Origin: a bacterium
GTDB lineage: Bacteria; UBP7; UBA6624
DNA: 64,000 nucleotides
Assembly (NCBI GenBank): GCA_002716355.1
Contig: PBAU01000003.1
Span: forward strand, 8,597-72,596
Reading direction: 5' to 3'
In this document: one piece after another, positions 1 to 10,111 of the stretch
Layout of the letters: every line of letters starts with the position of its first letter
How positions within the stretch are numbered: the first letter of the stretch is position 1
Translations under genes and position numbers: made by a program
Notes under the pieces: generated by a model
Seen by the model: the letters and a program-made list of their open reading frames with translations, nothing else
What the model was told of the DNA's origin: nothing
The model's database searches: none

Positions 1-1026
1 TCTTATTCGGAAGGAAATAATTCTTTTGAGTTGATGCTGACTGATGACGGTGAGATTGATTCAATGTGGTTCTCTTTAGGCAAGGGAGATAATGGAAAAT
101 ATAAAATTTGGACTAATGAATCTTTTATTGAATCATGGGAAAGAAATGCAGGTGAATTTTATGACGAGGAAGTTAATTTGAATTATGTCTCCATGACTAG
201 GGCCAAAAAGACATTGCATGCAGTTTCTAATGGTTTGTACCACCCTCAAAAGACTAGAAGAGGAGATCTTTTTTCTGTTATTTACCGTTTGATTTTAGAA
301 GATTTTGACAACTCATTTGAAGCTTTCTCTAATTCTTCTTTAGATGAGGTTAGTGTTTCGATTCCTGAAAAATACACCCAAGGGCAAGGCTACAAGGAGG
401 ATTCTTGTGTTAAGTATTTGTTCCCTCACTCAAGAAAGCTCCAAGAAAAACATAGGATTTTAGACAGAAGTTTATTGAGTCCTGACTCAGAAAATTATAT
501 TTTGAATAAGAGATCACAAAAGGAAGTGCCATTAATTGTTTCGCATACTGATGAATCAGCAAGAGGAGATGCCCTTCATAAAGTACTTGATGTTTTTGGT
601 CCTCCTATGGAGGATTCATGGTTAAATAATGTTCAAAGCAGCAATGTAAGGCAAATTTTTAATCTAGAAAAAGATAATTTTGACAATCTTGTGCGTAACT
701 TTTCAGAAAACCTACAAAATAATAAAAAATGGCTTGATTTTGCAAGTGGTTTTTTAAATATGTGGACAGAGTATCCTTTATGTGGATCAGGCAATAAACA
801 GTTTCAGAAAATAGATCTACTTATTGAGCTAAAAGAAAAATTTGTTATTATCGATTGGAAAACAGGTCAAAAGTCTGATGAAAAAAATGATCAATATTCT
901 TTGCAGATTAACGGCTATAAAGATATTCTTTCTGATTTTTTAAAACAAAAAAATATCAACAAAGGTATTGAGTGTTACATAGTCTGGGTCGATCAAGATG
1001 GTTTGATTTTTGATGAGGTTCTTTGA
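1..1026 (+). CDS. C-terminal fragment of a UvrD/AddA-type helicase with a RecB-family (PD-(D/E)XK) nuclease domain. The N-terminus lies outside the window.
   Basis: The frame is open from nt 1. It contains the UvrD_C motif VSMTRAKKTLH and RecB-nuclease motifs (IIDWKTGQK = hhhD-x-K, then QINGYKDIL = QxxxY). Confidence 0.6.
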   Translation, partial: SYSEGNNSFELMLTDDGEIDSMWFSLGKGDNGKYKIWTNESFIESWERNAGEFYDEEVNLNYVSMTRAKKTLHAVSNGLYHPQKTRRGDLFSVIYRLILEDFDNSFEAFSNSSLDEVSVSIPEKYTQGQGYKEDSCVKYLFPHSRKLQEKHRILDRSLLSPDSENYILNKRSQKEVPLIVSHTDESARGDALHKVLDVFGPPMEDSWLNNVQSSNVRQIFNLEKDNFDNLVRNFSENLQNNKKWLDFASGFLNMWTEYPLCGSGNKQFQKIDLLIELKEKFVIIDWKTGQKSDEKNDQYSLQINGYKDILSDFLKQKNINKGIECYIVWVDQDGLIFDEVL

Positions 1027-2018
1027 CCATGAGCTTTAGAAAACATTTGTTTTTAGGTTTTGAAGGTCTGGAATTGAATTCTGAACTGAAAGATTATTTA
1101 ATGTACTTCAAAGCAGGATCATTGATAGTGTTTTCAAGAAATTGGGACTCTCCAAAACAGTTCAAGGAACTATTGAGATCAATCAGAGCCCTTTACAGGA
1201 ATAATGGCATAGACAAACCTTTGATTGGTGTTGACCAAGAGGGAGGCAAGGTCCAAAGGTTTAAAAGTGGTTTTATGGATTTTCCTTCATTTCATTCATT
1301 AGGACAAAAGTTTAAAAAGGACGGTTTGTTAGATTATGTTTATGACTTGGCTAAAGAAAAAGCTAGGATGTTAAAAGATCTTGGGGTAGATATAAATTTT
1401 TCTCCCGTTTTAGACGTTGCTAGAAATAAAAATAATCCGATAATTTACCAACTAGAAAGATCTTTTTCTGAGGATGAAAGAATTGTTTCATTATTAAGTG
1501 CAAGTTATTCAAAAGGTTTGATGGATTCTGGAATTATTGCTTGTGGCAAGCATTTTCCAGGACATGGAGGCACTGATGAAGACAGTCATTTGGAGCTTCC
1601 TGTGGTTTTGGATCATCCAGAAAAGATGTTCTGTGACCTTGTGCCTTTTTCATCTTTTATCAATAAAGGTTTCAGCATGATAATGTCTTCACATGTTCTT
1701 TACCCTTTAATCGATCCTGACAGACCAGCAACATTAAGCAAAAGGATCAATAAGGGACTTTTGCGAAATGGTCTTGGCTTTAAAGGTGTTTTGGTCAGTG
1801 ATGACTTATGCATGAAAGCTCTTTACAGCAAAAAGCTAAAAGAAAGATTTAGCATCAATGATCTGTTTTTAGAGGCATTAAACGCAGGTAATGATATGGT
1901 TCTTGTTTGTCACGAGCAGTATGCTAAAGAGCTAAATTTGAAAATGCTCCATAGAAAGACGAAAGAAAAATTTAGAGATTCAAGAATGAGAATCGATTCT
2001 TTAAAAAGTTTAACCTAG
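1023..2018 (+). CDS. nagZ: beta-N-acetylhexosaminidase (glycoside hydrolase family 3, NagZ-like)
   Basis: GH3 signatures IGVDQEGGKVQRF and KHFPGHGGTDEDSH. It overlaps the upstream gene by 4 nt. Confidence 0.85.
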   Translation: MTMSFRKHLFLGFEGLELNSELKDYLMYFKAGSLIVFSRNWDSPKQFKELLRSIRALYRNNGIDKPLIGVDQEGGKVQRFKSGFMDFPSFHSLGQKFKKDGLLDYVYDLAKEKARMLKDLGVDINFSPVLDVARNKNNPIIYQLERSFSEDERIVSLLSASYSKGLMDSGIIACGKHFPGHGGTDEDSHLELPVVLDHPEKMFCDLVPFSSFINKGFSMIMSSHVLYPLIDPDRPATLSKRINKGLLRNGLGFKGVLVSDDLCMKALYSKKLKERFSINDLFLEALNAGNDMVLVCHEQYAKELNLKMLHRKTKEKFRDSRMRIDSLKSLT

Positions 2019-2021
2019 TTT

Positions 2022-2966
2022 TTAGCTTTTGGGCGGTTCAATGATTTCTTTTTTTGGAATTTCTCTGATTAGTCTGAATCCAATAAGTATATGTTTTGTA
2101 TTTTCATCCCACTCTCTAAAAAAAGCAGTTCTGCATGTTTCAGGAATTGAATTCCATGAGCATCCTTTAGTTATTGTTTTTGAAATTATGTTTTTGTCAT
2201 TTGTTTCTGATTCTGTTGCTGTCCATTCCATCACATTTCCCATTGCATCAAGTAGTCCGTAAGGGTAGGGGCTTTTATCTTTTTCATATTCTCCTACCTT
2301 GCTGGTTCCATTCCAATTTCCCGAATTTAAATAACTTGCATCCCATTTGTTTCCCCATGGATAAGTCCTTCCATCTTTTCCTCTGGTTGCTTTTTCTAAT
2401 TCATCAGCTGTCGGTAATCGATATTTGCAACCATCTTGACTTGATAGCCATTCAGCATATTTTTCAGCATCTTTTTTGCTAACTAATACAACAGGGTGTT
2501 CTCCGAGATTTTCAGGAAATCTGGCTCCAGGCCATATGTATTTTTCAACTTTGTCAAAAGTGAAATTTGGTGATATTTCAAATTCAAAAAACTTTTTTTG
2601 TTTTTCCCATTCTTCCATTGTTATTGAAGGAGATCTGTGTCCTGTCCATCTTACAAACCATCTATACTCTGCTTGAGTCACTAGTTTTTTGCTTATTTCA
2701 AACTCTAAAGTTTCTTTTTCATGAAGGTCAGGTTCTCTTTCAAAAATATTCAGAACACCTGCAATCTTTGGTTTTATTTTTTGTTTTTCTTCAAGAGATG
2801 AACCTGATTTGAATTTTCCAGCTTCTATTTTTGCATAGTTCTTATCTAACTCTGGACAAATGCGTTCTCTTTCCTCATATCCTTCATCAGCAAGAATATT
2901 TAATGTGAAACCGAACAAAAGAGTGAGAAGTGTAATTTTTTTTATCATATTAATGAAATGATACAT
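2022..2966 (-). CDS. Formylglycine-generating-enzyme (FGE/SUMF1) domain protein, secreted. The likely true start is the Met at about 2948 (MIKKITLLTLL signal peptide).
   Basis: C-terminal FGE-sulfatase domain motifs (GNVMEWTATE, GCSWNS, RTAFFREW). There is an N-terminal hydrophobic signal. Confidence 0.75.
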   Translation of the reverse strand: MYHFINMIKKITLLTLLFGFTLNILADEGYEERERICPELDKNYAKIEAGKFKSGSSLEEKQKIKPKIAGVLNIFEREPDLHEKETLEFEISKKLVTQAEYRWFVRWTGHRSPSITMEEWEKQKKFFEFEISPNFTFDKVEKYIWPGARFPENLGEHPVVLVSKKDAEKYAEWLSSQDGCKYRLPTADELEKATRGKDGRTYPWGNKWDASYLNSGNWNGTSKVGEYEKDKSPYPYGLLDAMGNVMEWTATESETNDKNIISKTITKGCSWNSIPETCRTAFFREWDENTKHILIGFRLIREIPKKEIIEPPKS

Positions 2967-2981
2967 TATTTTTTAAATAAT

Positions 2982-3977
2982 TTATTCTGAAATGGCATCA
3001 AACTTTCCGTCTTTGACAAGTCTAGAGAAAAGCATGACTAGTTCTGAGTCAAGTTTTCCTGCTTGAGCTTCTTCCTGAAGTATTCTTATTGCCGTTTCTG
3101 GACTCATTGATTTCTTATAGCTTCTTGTAGTTGTTAAAGCGTCATATATGTCTGCAATAGCCATTATCCGTGATTCTTTAGTTATCTCATCACCTTTTAA
3201 CTTGTCTGGATACCCAGATCCATCCAGTTTTTCATGATGATGAAGGACTATATCTACAACAGCCTTAAGTGATTTTAGATCTTGAAGAATATCTGCACCT
3301 ATTGATGGATGAAGAAGTATATGCTTCCATTCCTCTTCAGATAATTTTCCTTCTTTGTTTAAGACTGCATCTGGTACAGCAATTTTTCCAAGATCATGAA
3401 GCAAGGCTCCCCTTTTCAGGTTTCTTAAATCCCATTCCTCCAAACCAGCAGCTTCTCCTAGTTTTACGGCATATTCTGTAACTCTTTCCACATGACCCTC
3501 TGTATATTTGTCTTTTGCCTCAATTATTTTTGCAGTCATTGCTATTACAGCATCAACACTTTCAAGTTCATCTAAAAGATTTTTACCCCTTAGTAGATTT
3601 CTAACTCTTGCCATAAGTAATGATTTGTTGAATGGTTTTGTTATAAAGTCATCAGCACCAAGCTCAATACCTTTAACATTACTATCTATATCTGATAGTG
3701 CTGTTAGTAGTATTATTGGAATGAGCTCTGTTTCCTTGTTCGATCTGATTTCTTCTAGAACTTGGAAGCCATCTATTTTTGGCATCATAATGTCTAGAAG
3801 AACTAAATCTGGATGTTTCTCCCCAATTTGCTTAAGGGCTTCTTCTCCATCTCTTGCCACTCTTACATCATGCCCTCTGCTTAACAACAAGGCTTCTAAT
3901 ACTCTTACATTCATCTCATTGTCGTCAACAACAAGAATATCTGCTTTTGGCATTGGCATATTTATCATTCTAATCAT
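2982..3977 (-). CDS. response regulator, receiver domain fused to an HD-GYP c-di-GMP phosphodiesterase domain (RpfG-like)
   Basis: REC motifs (ILVVDDNE, LVLLDIMMP, KPF). The HD-GYP domain shows HHEKLDGSGYPDKL. It is divergent from the histidine kinase. Confidence 0.85.
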   Translation of the reverse strand: MIRMINMPMPKADILVVDDNEMNVRVLEALLLSRGHDVRVARDGEEALKQIGEKHPDLVLLDIMMPKIDGFQVLEEIRSNKETELIPIILLTALSDIDSNVKGIELGADDFITKPFNKSLLMARVRNLLRGKNLLDELESVDAVIAMTAKIIEAKDKYTEGHVERVTEYAVKLGEAAGLEEWDLRNLKRGALLHDLGKIAVPDAVLNKEGKLSEEEWKHILLHPSIGADILQDLKSLKAVVDIVLHHHEKLDGSGYPDKLKGDEITKESRIMAIADIYDALTTTRSYKKSMSPETAIRILQEEAQAGKLDSELVMLFSRLVKDGKFDAISE

Positions 3978-3998
3978 TGGATTAGGATAAGCATAAGC

Positions 3999-5849
3999 AT
4001 GTCAATAAGAGCACGTTTGTTATTACTTTTCCCTTTGCTTTTTGTTTTGGTTATAGGTATATCTGGAAGCATAACTTTGAAAAAAATAAATGACAACATA
4101 GCTCGTTCTCAAGAAACAACAATTAATTCTCAAACACTTCTGCTCAAAAGATTTTTTAGAAATTATGGATCCAAAACAAAAGATTCCTCTGCTTCCATAG
4201 CTGCTGATATGGGTCAGGCCGAGGAACCTTTAGAAAGATGGGGAAGGCTGAGCACTAAAACTGTAAAAGAAAATTTTGACTTGGTAGTTTTTCATGATCT
4301 TTCAAACAACACCTTCGCCTCTTGGGAAAAAAATGATTGGTTAGGTTTTGAAAAAAAGGATCAAACTTTCATATCAGACCTTTCAGAGCAGCCTGTTTAT
4401 GGTTGGGACTATTTCATGTTAGGCGATGAGCCAGTAGCAGTAGGCTATGCTCCTGTTTTTGATATCCCTGGTGGCGTGTCTCAAAAAGATTATGAAGAAT
4501 GGCTTGAAGGCGGTTTGGACAAGGTAAAGCTAGAAAGAATAGGTACTTTGGTTTTGGGCGTAAGAGTTAAGAGCACCATGATTCCGGAAGCTTTTAAGTA
4601 TCTGACTGTCGAAGATATCCTTTACTTTAATAAAAATGAAACTCCAAAATCTTTTAAATCTTTTGAGATAGAGGAGCTTATAGGCGAGGGTCCCGGTTCT
4701 GTTTCGGAATTTATTCAAGAAGAAATTGTTCAAAATGGTAAATGGGCAATAACTTATGACAACCCTTATGCGGTCCAGGGTTTTCCTTTGGTGGGTCCAA
4801 ACAGTGGTGATAGTAAAGGTGCAGTTGTTATTGTGAGCAATATGTCACAAGACATATCTATAGGGGAGGAGCTTTTTGCAGGAATGCAAATGCTTCTCGT
4901 TATTACGGTTTTAATAGCTGTAATAATCGCAATAATTTTAGGAAGGTCGATATCTAGGCCGATTAGAGTTTTGGCAGATGCTGTAGAGGATATGAAGCCA
5001 GGAAAGGATATGAATATTTCTATAAATAATAAGGCAAAAGATGAAATATCAATATTGGGTCGTTCTGTTTTTTCAATGCATAAAAGGATAGAAAGCCAAG
5101 TTAATGAACTTGAAACATTAAATGAGCAGGTTTCATCTGCATATGAGTCAAAATCTAGATTTTTATCAACAATGAGCCATGAGTTAAGAACACCATTGAA
5201 TGCAATAATAAATTTTTCAGAAATTTTGAAAGAGAAAAGTTTTGGGCCTCTTAAAGAAAGACAAGAAGAGTTTGTTCAAAATATTAATGAAAGTGCAAAT
5301 CATTTGTTGGCTTTGATTAATGACATTTTAGATCTTTCAAGATCTGAGGTTGGAAAAACTAAATCAAATCCAGAAAAAATACAAGTAAGAGAAGTTCTAG
5401 AAAGTGTATTAAAGGAACTTGAGGTTATAGCAGACAAACAAAAAATAGCAATATCTTCAGAAATTGAAGGACCAGGTGAGTTGTGGTTTGACCCTAGGCA
5501 TGCAAGGCAAATATTGACAAATTTGATAGGAAATTCAATTAAATATAACAAAGATGGCGGGAAGGTAGACATTAAAATTTACCCGAATGAAGATCCTAGG
5601 TTTATGACTGTTAGTGTTCATGATACTGGTTTAGGGATACCGGAAGAGGAGCAATCATCTATTTTTGAAGCTTTCACCAGGGCGAAGTCTACCGATAGAT
5701 CAGCTATATCTGGAACAGGTTTAGGTTTGGCTCTTGTAAAGCAGCTAGTAGAATTGAATCAAGGTGATGTTTATTTAACTTCTTCTTCTGATGAAGGTAC
5801 TGAGTTTAATTTGATACTTCCTGTTTTGGATGTTAAAAAGGGTAGGTGA
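3999..5849 (+). CDS. sensor histidine kinase with a large periplasmic sensor region, a TM helix, HAMP, HisKA and HATPase_c
   Basis: H-box MSHELRTPLNAI, plus N/G-box motifs (NLIGNSIKYN, GTGLGLALV). Hydrophobic segments lie near residues 5-25 and 295-315. Confidence 0.9.
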   Translation: MSIRARLLLLFPLLFVLVIGISGSITLKKINDNIARSQETTINSQTLLLKRFFRNYGSKTKDSSASIAADMGQAEEPLERWGRLSTKTVKENFDLVVFHDLSNNTFASWEKNDWLGFEKKDQTFISDLSEQPVYGWDYFMLGDEPVAVGYAPVFDIPGGVSQKDYEEWLEGGLDKVKLERIGTLVLGVRVKSTMIPEAFKYLTVEDILYFNKNETPKSFKSFEIEELIGEGPGSVSEFIQEEIVQNGKWAITYDNPYAVQGFPLVGPNSGDSKGAVVIVSNMSQDISIGEELFAGMQMLLVITVLIAVIIAIILGRSISRPIRVLADAVEDMKPGKDMNISINNKAKDEISILGRSVFSMHKRIESQVNELETLNEQVSSAYESKSRFLSTMSHELRTPLNAIINFSEILKEKSFGPLKERQEEFVQNINESANHLLALINDILDLSRSEVGKTKSNPEKIQVREVLESVLKELEVIADKQKIAISSEIEGPGELWFDPRHARQILTNLIGNSIKYNKDGGKVDIKIYPNEDPRFMTVSVHDTGLGIPEEEQSSIFEAFTRAKSTDRSAISGTGLGLALVKQLVELNQGDVYLTSSSDEGTEFNLILPVLDVKKGR

Positions 5850-5855
5850 AAATGC

Positions 5856-6044
5856 ATGAAAGATCATGATGAGATTTTTGCAAAAATATTAAAAAAAATT
5901 GATCAAAGGTTTTTGTCTGGAGACTTAAATAATATTGAATCAGCTTTACATCTTTTGCTACACAATGTTAGAGATGTCCCTGACAGGCCATGGAAAAATA
6001 TAGTAAATTTTTTAGAATCTGAATACCTTTCTGATGAAGATTAG
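5856..6044 (+). CDS. small hypothetical protein (62 aa) immediately downstream of the kinase
   Basis: ORF only. It lies 7 nt after the kinase stop and overlaps the next gene. Confidence 0.3.
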   Translation: MKDHDEIFAKILKKIDQRFLSGDLNNIESALHLLLHNVRDVPDRPWKNIVNFLESEYLSDED

Positions 6045-7179
6045 CCTTTTTGCATTATTATTTTTTTCTTTTTCGGCTTTTGAGTCAGTGGCTATTAATC
6101 CTTGTGACTTAAAAATTGATCCAGTAGATATTTTAGACTTCTTCAACAAGGACCAAAGCTTTAGCGCAAGACAAGAGCTCTGGAAAGAGTTTCGTTACGG
6201 AGAGGAAGATTACAAAGGTTCTGTGGAGCAGAATTACAGACTTTCTAGATCCCTTTTGGGTAATGTTGAATATTTAAATTTCGAAGAGCCTGATTCCGTT
6301 GTTGAGTTTTTAGATCTTTTAGGTATCGATTCAAGTTTTTCATATCGTTCAAAATTGTATTCTTTTTATGTTAAAAAACGTGATTTGTATAGAGGTGAAA
6401 AAAATCAAAATCAAGACATTATCAATCAGATTTTGAAAGCTGTTTATGAGGTTAGGCCAGTAGAAGAGGATGTAGAGGTTAAGCTTTACAAGCAAGGGGT
6501 AAGCTTGCCAAATGAAAACTCTTTACTTGAAACTCTCTGGAAGAGAGCTTCTGATGAAAAATGGGAAAAAGGAGACGCGGAGCAGAAGAGAGAGCTTGAG
6601 ACAATACTGAAGAACAGATTGTTAGAAGGAAATTTTGATTTTTCTAAACTAAAAGATGTTATGCTTTATTTGGGCTTTGTCGAAAATATTCAAAATAAAG
6701 ATATCCTTTGGAGAGAGATGAGAAGGTATTATCCTCTTTATAGAAATAAAAATTATAGGAAGAGCATTAAGAACGATAAACTTTTGCTCAAATGGCTAAA
6801 AGAGAAGTATATGGTTGGTCAAAATTCTTCTTTTTTTACAGAGGTTTTAATGACTGCATATAATCCTTTACCTGAGCAAACTGACTCAACACCTTTTGAG
6901 GCTGCGTCAGGAAAAATCGTTAGAGAAGGTTATGTTGCTGTTAGCAAGGATCTTGAGTCTAGGTTTCCTTTAGGTTCTTTCATTGAAATTGTTATTGTTT
7001 GTGAAATTAATCAAGAAGGTGATTGTCTTGGTTCCGAGTCTCAAGAAAAGGGTGATTTTTTCCGTTTAAAGATTGAAGACAGGATGCATCCTAGAAAAAA
7101 GAATCAAGTTGATATTTTCTTCATGTGCAAACAAGATGCAGTTAAATTTGGCAGAAGAAAAGCCTTATTGCTCTTTTAG
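6034..7179 (+). CDS. secreted protein with a C-terminal 3D (MltA/YuiC-like) domain
   Basis: N-terminal signal peptide. The C-terminus (VAVSKDLESRFPLGSFIEI ... VDIFF ... FGRRKALLLF) matches the 3D-domain pattern (conserved Asp residues, FGRRK..V.I). Confidence 0.6.
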   Translation: MKISLFALLFFSFSAFESVAINPCDLKIDPVDILDFFNKDQSFSARQELWKEFRYGEEDYKGSVEQNYRLSRSLLGNVEYLNFEEPDSVVEFLDLLGIDSSFSYRSKLYSFYVKKRDLYRGEKNQNQDIINQILKAVYEVRPVEEDVEVKLYKQGVSLPNENSLLETLWKRASDEKWEKGDAEQKRELETILKNRLLEGNFDFSKLKDVMLYLGFVENIQNKDILWREMRRYYPLYRNKNYRKSIKNDKLLLKWLKEKYMVGQNSSFFTEVLMTAYNPLPEQTDSTPFEAASGKIVREGYVAVSKDLESRFPLGSFIEIVIVCEINQEGDCLGSESQEKGDFFRLKIEDRMHPRKKNQVDIFFMCKQDAVKFGRRKALLLF

Positions 7180-7617
7180 AAAATCTAAATTTCTTTCTTC
7201 TTTTTCTATCGATAAAACTATGCTTGTATTTGTGCTTTCGATATTTCTATCATTCAGCAGTTCTTTTATTTTTTTGTTCATGGTTTTTCTGTTTCTGAAT
7301 TTGCCCATGGTAGCAATGTCATACTCGCCAGTTATTTCATAAACAAACTCAAGAGATCTGTCCTTTTTTAAAGATTTAACAATTCGTCTAATATGTGGCC
7401 CATTTGCTTTTATTAGAAAAAGAGCAATAAGGTCAAAGCCTAATTTTTCTAGGTTTATATCAGCCTTGTAACCTTTTACCACATTCTCTCTCTCCATCTC
7501 TTTTATTGCTTTTTGAACACTTGATGTTGAAAGTCCTACTTTCTTGCCTATTTCCGCATAGGAAGCTTTGCCGTCTGTTTGAAGTATGGATAGTATTTTT
7601 AAATGTGTTTTTTTCAT
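7165..7617 (-). CDS. Lrp/AsnC family transcriptional regulator
   Basis: N-terminal HTH (LKILSILQTDGKASYAEIGKKVGLSTSSVQKAIKEME) plus a C-terminal RAM domain. It is about 150 aa. Confidence 0.85.
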   Translation of the reverse strand: MKKTHLKILSILQTDGKASYAEIGKKVGLSTSSVQKAIKEMERENVVKGYKADINLEKLGFDLIALFLIKANGPHIRRIVKSLKKDRSLEFVYEITGEYDIATMGKFRNRKTMNKKIKELLNDRNIESTNTSIVLSIEKEERNLDFLKEQ

Positions 7618-8570
7618 AAGTAACGATCATCTAATGCTCTCGGTTTAAGATTTAAAGATATCCTTAGCTCTCCAACACCATAGCGAAATATTAATAATTC
7701 AATAGTATTTGGATAATCAAGGTTGTCAACAATTTCAAAAGCTTTATTTTTAGAGTTAACAGGATTTCCATCTATTGCAAGAATGATGTCATTTTTTTGG
7801 ATTAGTTTTTTTGCTGATTGAGACATGTTTGTGATTTTTATAATTTTTTTCATCGAATCAATATCCTGATTGATGTAGTCTTCTTTAATTTCTAATCCAA
7901 TCATTGGGTGAATTGCTTTATTTTCTAGAATTTTTTCACTCCAGTAAATAATTTTATCTATTGGGATTGCAAAATTTATATTTTCAACTTCTCCAGCAAG
8001 CTTCCCTGAGGTCATGCCTATCAAGTGTCCTTGGCTGTCAAACATTGGGCCTCCTGAATTTCCAGGATTTGTAGCCACATCAGTTTGTATCAGGCCCCAT
8101 TTAAGATGGTTTTTGGTGTCCAAAAACCTATCTACTGCACTGATAATCCCTTTCGACACAGAGGATGAAAGTCCAAAAGGATTTCCTATAGCCATAACTT
8201 CTTCGCCAGGCAATAGTTTTTTGTTTTTAAGATTTCTGAACTCAAGTGGTTTTTGCCAAAACTGAGTTGGTATTTTCAGTATTGCGATATCTAAAATCGG
8301 ATCACTGCCTATTAATTCTGCAGAAAAAACAGTTCCATTTTCCGAAGAGACGATTATTTGATCTGAATCTGCAACAATATGGTGATTGGTTATTACTGAG
8401 CCTTCGATTTTAAACATAAAGCCTGAACCTTCAGAATGATTATTCGTCCATGGATTTTCATTATTTTTTTTTAAAGAGACGATATGCACAACTGTTTTTT
8501 CTGCTTTTTGAACAAGTTCGGTCCATTTGTTTTCAAAGCTTAGAGCAAATATCAAAATTATTTGAAGCAT
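7614..8570 (-). CDS. htrA: HtrA/DegP-family serine protease (trypsin-like domain + PDZ). Start trimmed to the Met of MLQIILIFALSF.
   Basis: Catalytic motifs TNHHIV, DIAILK and GNSGGPMFD. There is a C-terminal PDZ-like region. The track ORF start at 8729 would overlap the next gene and is probably an over-extension. Confidence 0.8.
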   Translation of the reverse strand: MLQIILIFALSFENKWTELVQKAEKTVVHIVSLKKNNENPWTNNHSEGSGFMFKIEGSVITNHHIVADSDQIIVSSENGTVFSAELIGSDPILDIAILKIPTQFWQKPLEFRNLKNKKLLPGEEVMAIGNPFGLSSSVSKGIISAVDRFLDTKNHLKWGLIQTDVATNPGNSGGPMFDSQGHLIGMTSGKLAGEVENINFAIPIDKIIYWSEKILENKAIHPMIGLEIKEDYINQDIDSMKKIIKITNMSQSAKKLIQKNDIILAIDGNPVNSKNKAFEIVDNLDYPNTIELLIFRYGVGELRISLNLKPRALDDRYL

Positions 8571-8601
8571 ATATAAATTGTACAAAGGATAGGATATTGG
8601 T

Positions 8602-10101
8602 ATGTGTGAAAACATGTCTGATCCAGGATCTCCACCTTTTGTTAGGGGAATATATAAAGATATGTATAAAAAAAAACCATGGACAATGAGGCAGTATTCA
8701 GGCTTTAGCACTGCAGAACAAACAAACAAAAGATTTAAAAATTTATTAAAAAATGGTCAGACTGGATTGTCTGTTGCTTTTGATCTCCCTACACAGATGG
8801 GCCTTGACAGTGATAACGCTTTATCAATTGGAGAGGTGGGGCGAGCCGGTGTTGCAATAGACACAATTGAGGATATGAGGATATTGTTGGATGGAATACC
8901 TTTAGATAAGGTAAGTATATCTATGACAATTAATTCTCCTGCTTCAATAATATGGGCAATGTTGCTTGTTGTGGCCGAAGAGCAAAATGTTTCTTGGAAA
9001 AATATAAGGGGAACTATACAGAATGATATATTGAAAGAATACGTTGCTAGAGGGACGTACATCTTTCCGCCAGAGCCTAGTATGAAATTAACAAAAGATA
9101 CTTTTGAGATGGTTGAAAATGTTCCAAACTTCAACCCTATTAGCATTTCGGGGTACCACATAAGGGAGGCAGGTGCCAGTGCGGCTCTCGAGCTTGGTAT
9201 AACATTTTCTCATGCTATTGCTTATTTAGATGTTGCAAAAAATACAAATTTAGATTTTGAAAAAGTTGTCAAAAGGTTTTCTTTCTTTTTCGGCTGTCAT
9301 AATGATATCTTTGAAGAAGTAGCAAAGTTTAGAGCTGCAAGATGGATTTGGAATGATATCCTTGAAGACTACGGTGTGAATGATTTGAATGCAAGAAAAT
9401 TAAGATTTCATACTCAAACTTGTGGTTCAACATTGACAAGAAACCAACCTTTGTTAAATGTTGCAAGAGTTGCATTGCAAGCTTTGGCAGCAACATTAGG
9501 GGGAACTCAGTCATTGCATACTAATGCATATGATGAAGCAATTGGTTTGCCAACTGAAGAATCCGCGCTTATTGCCTTGAGGACCCAGCAGATTCTTTAC
9601 CATGAAAGTGGGCTTTCAAGAGAGGTTGATCCGTTTGGTGGTTCCCAGTTCATTGAAAATGAAACATGCAGGATAAGAAAAGAAACAAATCAAATTATTG
9701 ATTTAATAAAAAAATCCGGAGGTGCAATTAAGTCTGTTGAAAATGGCTTGACCTCATCTTTGATACATGAAGAAAGCCACAAATACCAAAAAGAAATTGA
9801 AAACAAAGAAAGGTTGATAATTGGGGTGAATTCTTTTGAAGAAAATTCATCAGAGATTCCAGACCCTCAGTTGATACCAGAAAAAACTAGAGAGAATCAA
9901 ATAAAAAAGTTAAACCACATAAAAAATTCAAGAGATGATAATCTGGCTAAAGAAGCTTTGCAAGCTTTATCTAAAAGTCAAAAAAGAAATGATAATTTAA
10001 TGCCCTGTATATTAAGTGCTGTTAAGAAAAAATGCACGATTGGTGAAATTTGCGCTGAACTTGGTCGATTTTGGGGAACACATTCGCAAATATCATCATA
10101 A
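8602..10101 (+). CDS. methylmalonyl-CoA mutase family, substrate-binding (catalytic) large subunit. No B12-binding domain is present.
   Basis: N-terminal signature PWTMRQYSGFSTAEQTNKRFKNLLKNGQTGLSVAFDLPTQMGLDSD. About 495 aa, the size of the acyl-CoA mutase catalytic domain only. Confidence 0.85.
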   Translation: MCENMSDPGSPPFVRGIYKDMYKKKPWTMRQYSGFSTAEQTNKRFKNLLKNGQTGLSVAFDLPTQMGLDSDNALSIGEVGRAGVAIDTIEDMRILLDGIPLDKVSISMTINSPASIIWAMLLVVAEEQNVSWKNIRGTIQNDILKEYVARGTYIFPPEPSMKLTKDTFEMVENVPNFNPISISGYHIREAGASAALELGITFSHAIAYLDVAKNTNLDFEKVVKRFSFFFGCHNDIFEEVAKFRAARWIWNDILEDYGVNDLNARKLRFHTQTCGSTLTRNQPLLNVARVALQALAATLGGTQSLHTNAYDEAIGLPTEESALIALRTQQILYHESGLSREVDPFGGSQFIENETCRIRKETNQIIDLIKKSGGAIKSVENGLTSSLIHEESHKYQKEIENKERLIIGVNSFEENSSEIPDPQLIPEKTRENQIKKLNHIKNSRDDNLAKEALQALSKSQKRNDNLMPCILSAVKKKCTIGEICAELGRFWGTHSQISS

Positions 10102-10111
10102 AATCTACCTT

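Noticed and set aside
7614-8729. Long N-terminal extension of the HtrA ORF (track start 8729) and of the M20 ORF (track start 10016) overlapping the neighbouring genes
   Set aside because: Internal Met codons (about 8570 and 10112) give proteins that begin at the conserved N-termini/signal peptide and remove the gene overlaps. The extensions are likely artefacts of longest-ORF calling.
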